Shown piece after piece: positions 59,721-64,000 of a stretch of 64,000 bases of DNA; position 1 is the stretch's first letter; every line of letters begins with the position of its first letter. The notes below the pieces were generated by a model. The model was not told the DNA's origin, did no database searches, and saw nothing but the letters and a program-made list of their open reading frames with translations. A program made the translations under genes and the position numbers. The stretch is taken from contig CAVQGX010000021.1 of NCBI GenBank assembly GCA_963712115.1, positions 1 through 64,000 of the forward strand, in the 5' to 3' direction. Origin of the DNA: an uncultured delta proteobacterium. GTDB lineage: Bacteria; Desulfobacterota; Syntrophobacteria; BM002.

Positions 59721-60305
59721 TTAATTACAGCTCCCTTTTTTGGCGAACTCACTGAAGGAGATCTGAGTTTCGTAGCACTTTTGATCGATGTAATCCAAGA
59801 CAGGCATGAACTGATGGGGAGGAACAAAACCGGAGAGCATAGTTATGGGCTGGCCCTTGGAGTCCAGGAAGACGAGAGATGGGTAAGCATTTATGCCGAA
59901 AGCCTGAGTCAGCTCGACATTTGACAAGGATTTGCCGTTGTAACGAACCCGGCTTTCTGAGTTTTCCGCGTTGAGACGCACGTAGACGAAATTCTCTGAG
60001 AGCATCCTGGCGACCTTTTGGTCCTTTATGGTCTCTTGCTGGAACTTTTTGCAGAAAATGCACCATTCAGCATAGAACTCAACGAAAATGGGCTTGTTTT
60101 CAGTTCTACCCTTGGCAAGACCGTCGTCGAAAGCAAGCCATTTAGTGGGCAAATCTTTTTGCTGCCTCTCTGAGGCGTTAGCTTGCTCTCTCGCGGTATC
60201 GTCCCTGGCACAGGAAGGGCCGGCTATAAGAAGTGATGCTAGGAGCAAAAGGGTGAGGGCATAACGTAAAAGGGGCATAACGAGTTGTTTTTCATGTGTT
60301 TTCAT
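59721..60305 (-). CDS. Exported thioredoxin-fold protein (SoxW/DsbD-gamma-like)
   Basis: Signal or lipobox-like N-terminus, FYAEWCIFC, cis-Pro AYPS. Confidence 0.85.
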   Translation of the reverse strand: MKTHEKQLVMPLLRYALTLLLLASLLIAGPSCARDDTAREQANASERQQKDLPTKWLAFDDGLAKGRTENKPIFVEFYAEWCIFCKKFQQETIKDQKVARMLSENFVYVRLNAENSESRVRYNGKSLSNVELTQAFGINAYPSLVFLDSKGQPITMLSGFVPPHQFMPVLDYIDQKCYETQISFSEFAKKGSCN

Positions 60306-60399
60306 CTAATATGCCGTTTCCATTTTAGCAAGCCGGGCTAGATAAACTTTAGATTAGATAGAAGATAAGCAGCGTGGTTGATCTTTGCAAGAAAGCAAG

Positions 60400-61020
60400 T
60401 CAAAACTCACCCTTGCCGTAAAGGGCCACTATTCCTTGGGAGGCCAAGTCGGGGATGAGGAGTCCCAGCCCTTGGTAGCGCGGCAGTATTTTGTTGAATC
60501 CATAAACTAAATACAGTGCCTTTGGTTTGGCCTCCGCGGCTATTTTGGCAGCAAATAGATCGTGGAGGGTTATGTATGTGTAAAAGATATCGATTTTTTC
60601 AAAGCTGACGTTGACGGTGCTCTCTATTTGTTCATAAGTGGCAGACTCTAAAGAATTTCCTCGGAAAAGTGTAATATTGTCAATTGGTTGTATCAGTTTT
60701 GCCCTCCGGAGTTTGTGGACGAGTTCTTCTTTTCTGGGGTTGTACTCGGCAAGTATTTCAGGGTCAATTTCGATGCCCACAGAGAGCTTGACAAAATAGC
60801 TCATCAAGACGTTTACTCTACCATCAGCACAACCCAGATCTAGAAAAAGGGTATGGTTGGGATCAATGAGGCCGAGACCTAACAGTTCATCTATGCACCT
60901 TGCGAACTTTACCAGGTCTGTAGATTTACGGTAACCTTCATGGCCTACATAGCCGATCTTGCAAGCGTCATAGTATCTGGCGATGAGGTCTACGGTCTCG
61001 CTCAAACGGTGGTTGTCCAT
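60400..61020 (-). CDS. Class I SAM-dependent methyltransferase-like protein
   Basis: FLDLGCADG motif I, GIEID motif II. Confidence 0.6.
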   Translation of the reverse strand: MDNHRLSETVDLIARYYDACKIGYVGHEGYRKSTDLVKFARCIDELLGLGLIDPNHTLFLDLGCADGRVNVLMSYFVKLSVGIEIDPEILAEYNPRKEELVHKLRRAKLIQPIDNITLFRGNSLESATYEQIESTVNVSFEKIDIFYTYITLHDLFAAKIAAEAKPKALYLVYGFNKILPRYQGLGLLIPDLASQGIVALYGKGEF

Positions 61021-61069
61021 AGAGTCTGCTACCCTCTGCTACCATCATTCCAATCTTCCAGTATTCCAC

Positions 61070-61591
61070 TTAGGGCTTAGCCCTAAGTCGCTTTTTGATT
61101 GCCTCATGGAGAAAGAACAACGTATCTAACTCTTCTCCGGCACAGGTTTGCAGGGCAATTAACTCTTCTCTAGTCAGCTTGTTTTGCAATTTATCGCAGA
61201 TGTAGTTTACGCAAAGCACGTGACGGGCTGTAAGCTTACAACCTTTTTTTCCGAGAAAAAAACAGCTGTTGCCAAGAGGTTCATGATTTTGCAGGGAACA
61301 ATCCAAAAGGAGATTTATTAGCAGAAGTACTACGTCATACTTATTCTCTATACCGGAGCCGCAACAACTTCCCCCTTCCTTTTCCTCGCAGTTTTTACAT
61401 TCTGCTACAACCCCGAGGGTCAACATGCTCTGGTTAGTATTGTCTATGCAGTCTCGGAGCTTTTGCAGGAGGTCACCTATTGAAGGATCTTCTGCGAGTG
61501 AACTGCCACAGGTTCCGAATAGATTGTGGGCTTGCTCAATCTTTTCCTCTATGGCTCGAGGGTTGGCCTGACCATGGCTTTGTTCACTCAT
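61070..61591 (-). CDS. Cys-rich hypothetical protein (YkgJ-like cysteine cluster)
   Basis: CxxC..SCC..CFFLGKKGCKL..R..LCVNYIC. Confidence 0.65.
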   Translation of the reverse strand: MSEQSHGQANPRAIEEKIEQAHNLFGTCGSSLAEDPSIGDLLQKLRDCIDNTNQSMLTLGVVAECKNCEEKEGGSCCGSGIENKYDVVLLLINLLLDCSLQNHEPLGNSCFFLGKKGCKLTARHVLCVNYICDKLQNKLTREELIALQTCAGEELDTLFFLHEAIKKRLRAKP

Positions 61592-61680
61592 GAATCTTCG
61601 CTCACTTTTAATGTGGGGCCATAGAACATACCTGAATCGGGCTGCTTTTGGAATGCCAAAGTATTACCTTCATTGTGGGT

Positions 61681-61870
61681 TCAGGTTTCAGCGCGGATGG
61701 AGGTTTCAGTGTTCAGTGTTCAGGTTTCAGCTTCTATGTTTCTCTTTCCTGACACCTGAAACCTGAAACCAGAAACCCAAAGCCCTGAAACCCGACACCT
61801 GAAACCTAAAGCCCTGAAACCCTGAGATTTGGTGCTTGAAGTTTGCGATTTCATTGCTCCATTACTCTAG
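61681..61870. repeat. CTGAAAC-family element, copy 4 (expanded)
   Basis: (TTTCAGG/GTTCAGT)n-CTTCTATGTTTCTCTTTC-(CTGAAAC)n...ATTTGGTGCTT..CTCCATTACTC. Confidence 0.85.
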
Positions 61871-61875
61871 AGTGT

Positions 61876-62742
61876 TTACTTGGCAATCAGAGAACGAAGC
61901 ACTCTCAGGTTCTTCTTGTCTTCTTTCAGATCTTGTCCCTTAGGCGTTTCCAGCACCATGGGGTGGTCTTGGAAACGTGGATCGTTCAGGAGCAGACGAA
62001 AGCCCTTCAAGCCTATTTCCCCTTTGCCAATGTGTTCGTGGCGATCCACCCGCGAACCCAAAGGCCGCTTGGAGTCGTTGAGGTGAAAGAATTTAAGTCG
62101 CTGCAAGCCGATTATCTGATCAAAGAGGGAGAAGGTCTCCTTATAGGTTTCAGGGGTGCGAAGGTCATAGCCGGCAGCAAAGGCATGGGAGGTATCGAAG
62201 CAGACTCCTAGACGGTCTTTGTATTGAGACTTCCTCAAGATGAAGGCAATCTCGTCGAATTTGGAGCCCAAATTCGTGCCTTGTCCTGCCGTGCTCTCTA
62301 TGAGTACCGATACAGTGCTGGTTCCCGAGAGACTTATGGCGGAGTCCAGGTTACGGACGAAGCATTCGAGGCCGGCTTCCACACCTTGACCCCGATGGGA
62401 CCCAGGGTGAGTGATAAGAAAGGGAATTTTCAGTGCGGCAGCTCGCACCAGTTCATCGGCAAAAGCAGTTACTGATTTCTCAACTGTTGCTTGGTCTGGG
62501 GCGGCCAAATTAATGAGATAAGAATCGTGGGCTGCCACAACCATCCGGTGGTTCTTTTGCCATTGCAGACGAAAGTCTTCAATCATTTGGGCAGTAAGAG
62601 GAGGAGTCTTCCACTGCCTCTGGTTACTGAGAAAGATCTGCAAGGCTTCACCTTTAACCTTTAGGATTCGGGTGAAAGCCAGATGCAGGCCGCCGGCAAT
62701 GGACATATGAGCTCCTAGCAAGGGCACCTCAGTATCCTCCAA
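61876..62742 (-). CDS. nfo: Endonuclease IV
   Basis: LGAHMSIAGG, HDSYLINL, HPGSH, ESTAGQG, HLNDSK, DRHEHIG, ETP. Confidence 0.96.
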   Translation of the reverse strand: MEDTEVPLLGAHMSIAGGLHLAFTRILKVKGEALQIFLSNQRQWKTPPLTAQMIEDFRLQWQKNHRMVVAAHDSYLINLAAPDQATVEKSVTAFADELVRAAALKIPFLITHPGSHRGQGVEAGLECFVRNLDSAISLSGTSTVSVLIESTAGQGTNLGSKFDEIAFILRKSQYKDRLGVCFDTSHAFAAGYDLRTPETYKETFSLFDQIIGLQRLKFFHLNDSKRPLGSRVDRHEHIGKGEIGLKGFRLLLNDPRFQDHPMVLETPKGQDLKEDKKNLRVLRSLIAK

Positions 62743-62745
62743 GAT

Positions 62746-64000
62746 TTAGTCACTCCCGATGTTAAGACTTTTGTCCTGAAACTCAACTTCTGGAAAGTCA
62801 CTTCCTAAAAAGGCAAACCCGAAGGTGCCAATTACACCGAATGAGAAAGCGACTAGGAAGTTTGTCGTGGGGCTTATTAGCCAGAGAAATGCACCGCCGA
62901 AGGCGGCAATGGAAACGAACACATCTCGCATAAGATAGTACAGGCCGAACATACCTGCCTTGCAGTTTTCTGGGGCTAGATCCATAATCAGCGCCTTACG
63001 GGTGGGTTCTCCGAACTCTTTGAAACCTCTCAAGATAAAGGCGAGGACCAGCCAGTTGAAAGAATGGCAGAAGAGGAGGGTGAGGGGAAATAAGGTGAAA
63101 AAAACAAAGGTCATGACCACGAAAGGCTTTTTTGTCAGTCTTATCAGCAAGATATGCGACAGGCACATAGACGAGCACGGCCGTGGCCATCTCAATGCTG
63201 GTGAGGATGCCAAACTGTAAAGCGGAAACAGGCGAGGAAATGGTCTTCATACACCAGACGACGACAAAGGCATAAGGGATCTGTTCGCAGTAGCGCACGA
63301 GAATGTCGGATACCAGAAGCCGTCTAAGGTTCGGAGCCATTAAGCGGTAGAGTTTTAACGGATTCTTCTCCGGTACATATAGGCACTCTTCTCCAGGCTG
63401 TTTCGGCGGCTCATCTTCGATGAGCTTCTGCTGCAGGACAATTGCTACGAATGAAAGCAGCAGAGCAGCAACAAAGGCCGCCCGAACCCCGTCTCGCTCC
63501 CCCCAAATTCCAATGCAAACACCCCCCAGCACAGGGCCCAGGGCCATGGGAATTCTTCGCACCAAAGAATGCATACTGACTCCCATGGTCCTTTTGCTCA
63601 TAGGCAGCACTTTGGCGATAAGGCTCATGGTGGCGGGAAGAGAGATTGCTGACCAGGAAATAAAAAGAACGGCCCCAACAAGAACAGCCTGCCAGGCGGG
63701 AAATATGATGACAACAAGGAAGCCGCACATGGCGACAATATTGAATATGAGTAGGGCTCGTTTGGTGCCTAAGCGGTCGGACAGATACCCTCCAGGAAAG
63801 GAGTAAAGGGCCGAGAGCAGGTTATCCATTCCGTTTAGAAAACCAATGGACAGGGCGCCGCCCCCTAGGGCCAGAAGGTAAATGGGTAGAAATCTCTCGG
63901 CCAACCGCTCTCCCATACCTACGAGAATCACCATGAACAGCACGCCCACTGTGCTTCTGGTGAGACCCAAAAAATCGGAGACACGGTCTACCCGCGCCAT
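62746..64000 (-). CDS. MFS transporter (apparent +1 frameshift at the T-run 63128-63133)
   Basis: GGYLSDRLGTKRAL motif A; removing one base joins AYLADKTDKKPFVVMTF...GEPTRKALI. Confidence 0.88.

Noticed and set aside
21908-61870. Heptamer arrays as CRISPR repeats
   Set aside because: No constant 23-47-bp repeat with unique spacers and no cas genes.

Overview
A 64-kb, gene-dense window from what looks like an anaerobic Desulfobacterota-type (deltaproteobacterial) genome; this assignment is inferred from gene content. No rRNA, tRNA, CRISPR array or intact transposase was found. The blocks in order are: (1) a TetR-controlled LolA-like/FtsX-type ABC export operon with two identical palindromic operators; (2) slyD and a partial corrinoid methyl-transfer module; (3) a DUF2231-cytochrome c gene, an ECF sigma/zinc anti-sigma pair, then pentose-phosphate genes (tkt, rpiB, zwf, pgl) interleaved with the 'rSAM/selenodomain' arsenosugar genes (AhpD-like protein, arsS, fused TIGR04282/TIGR04283-type glycosyltransferase); arsS reads as a selenoprotein (in-frame UGA plus SECIS-like hairpin) and has an ECF-type promoter that recurs inside the sigma gene; (4) a ~15-kb oxidative/nitrosative stress island; (5) a possible lysine/aminoadipate catabolic operon; (6) porins and a disrupted secreted-protein gene sharing a repeated OmpR-type promoter next to a two-component system; (7) HU, pntAB, nfo and an MFS transporter. 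Most intergenic spaces carry short inverted-repeat elements, many built from 7-bp units, often nested, and one pair shows an inverted core. At least seven genes have single-base frameshifts, consistent with assembly indel errors.
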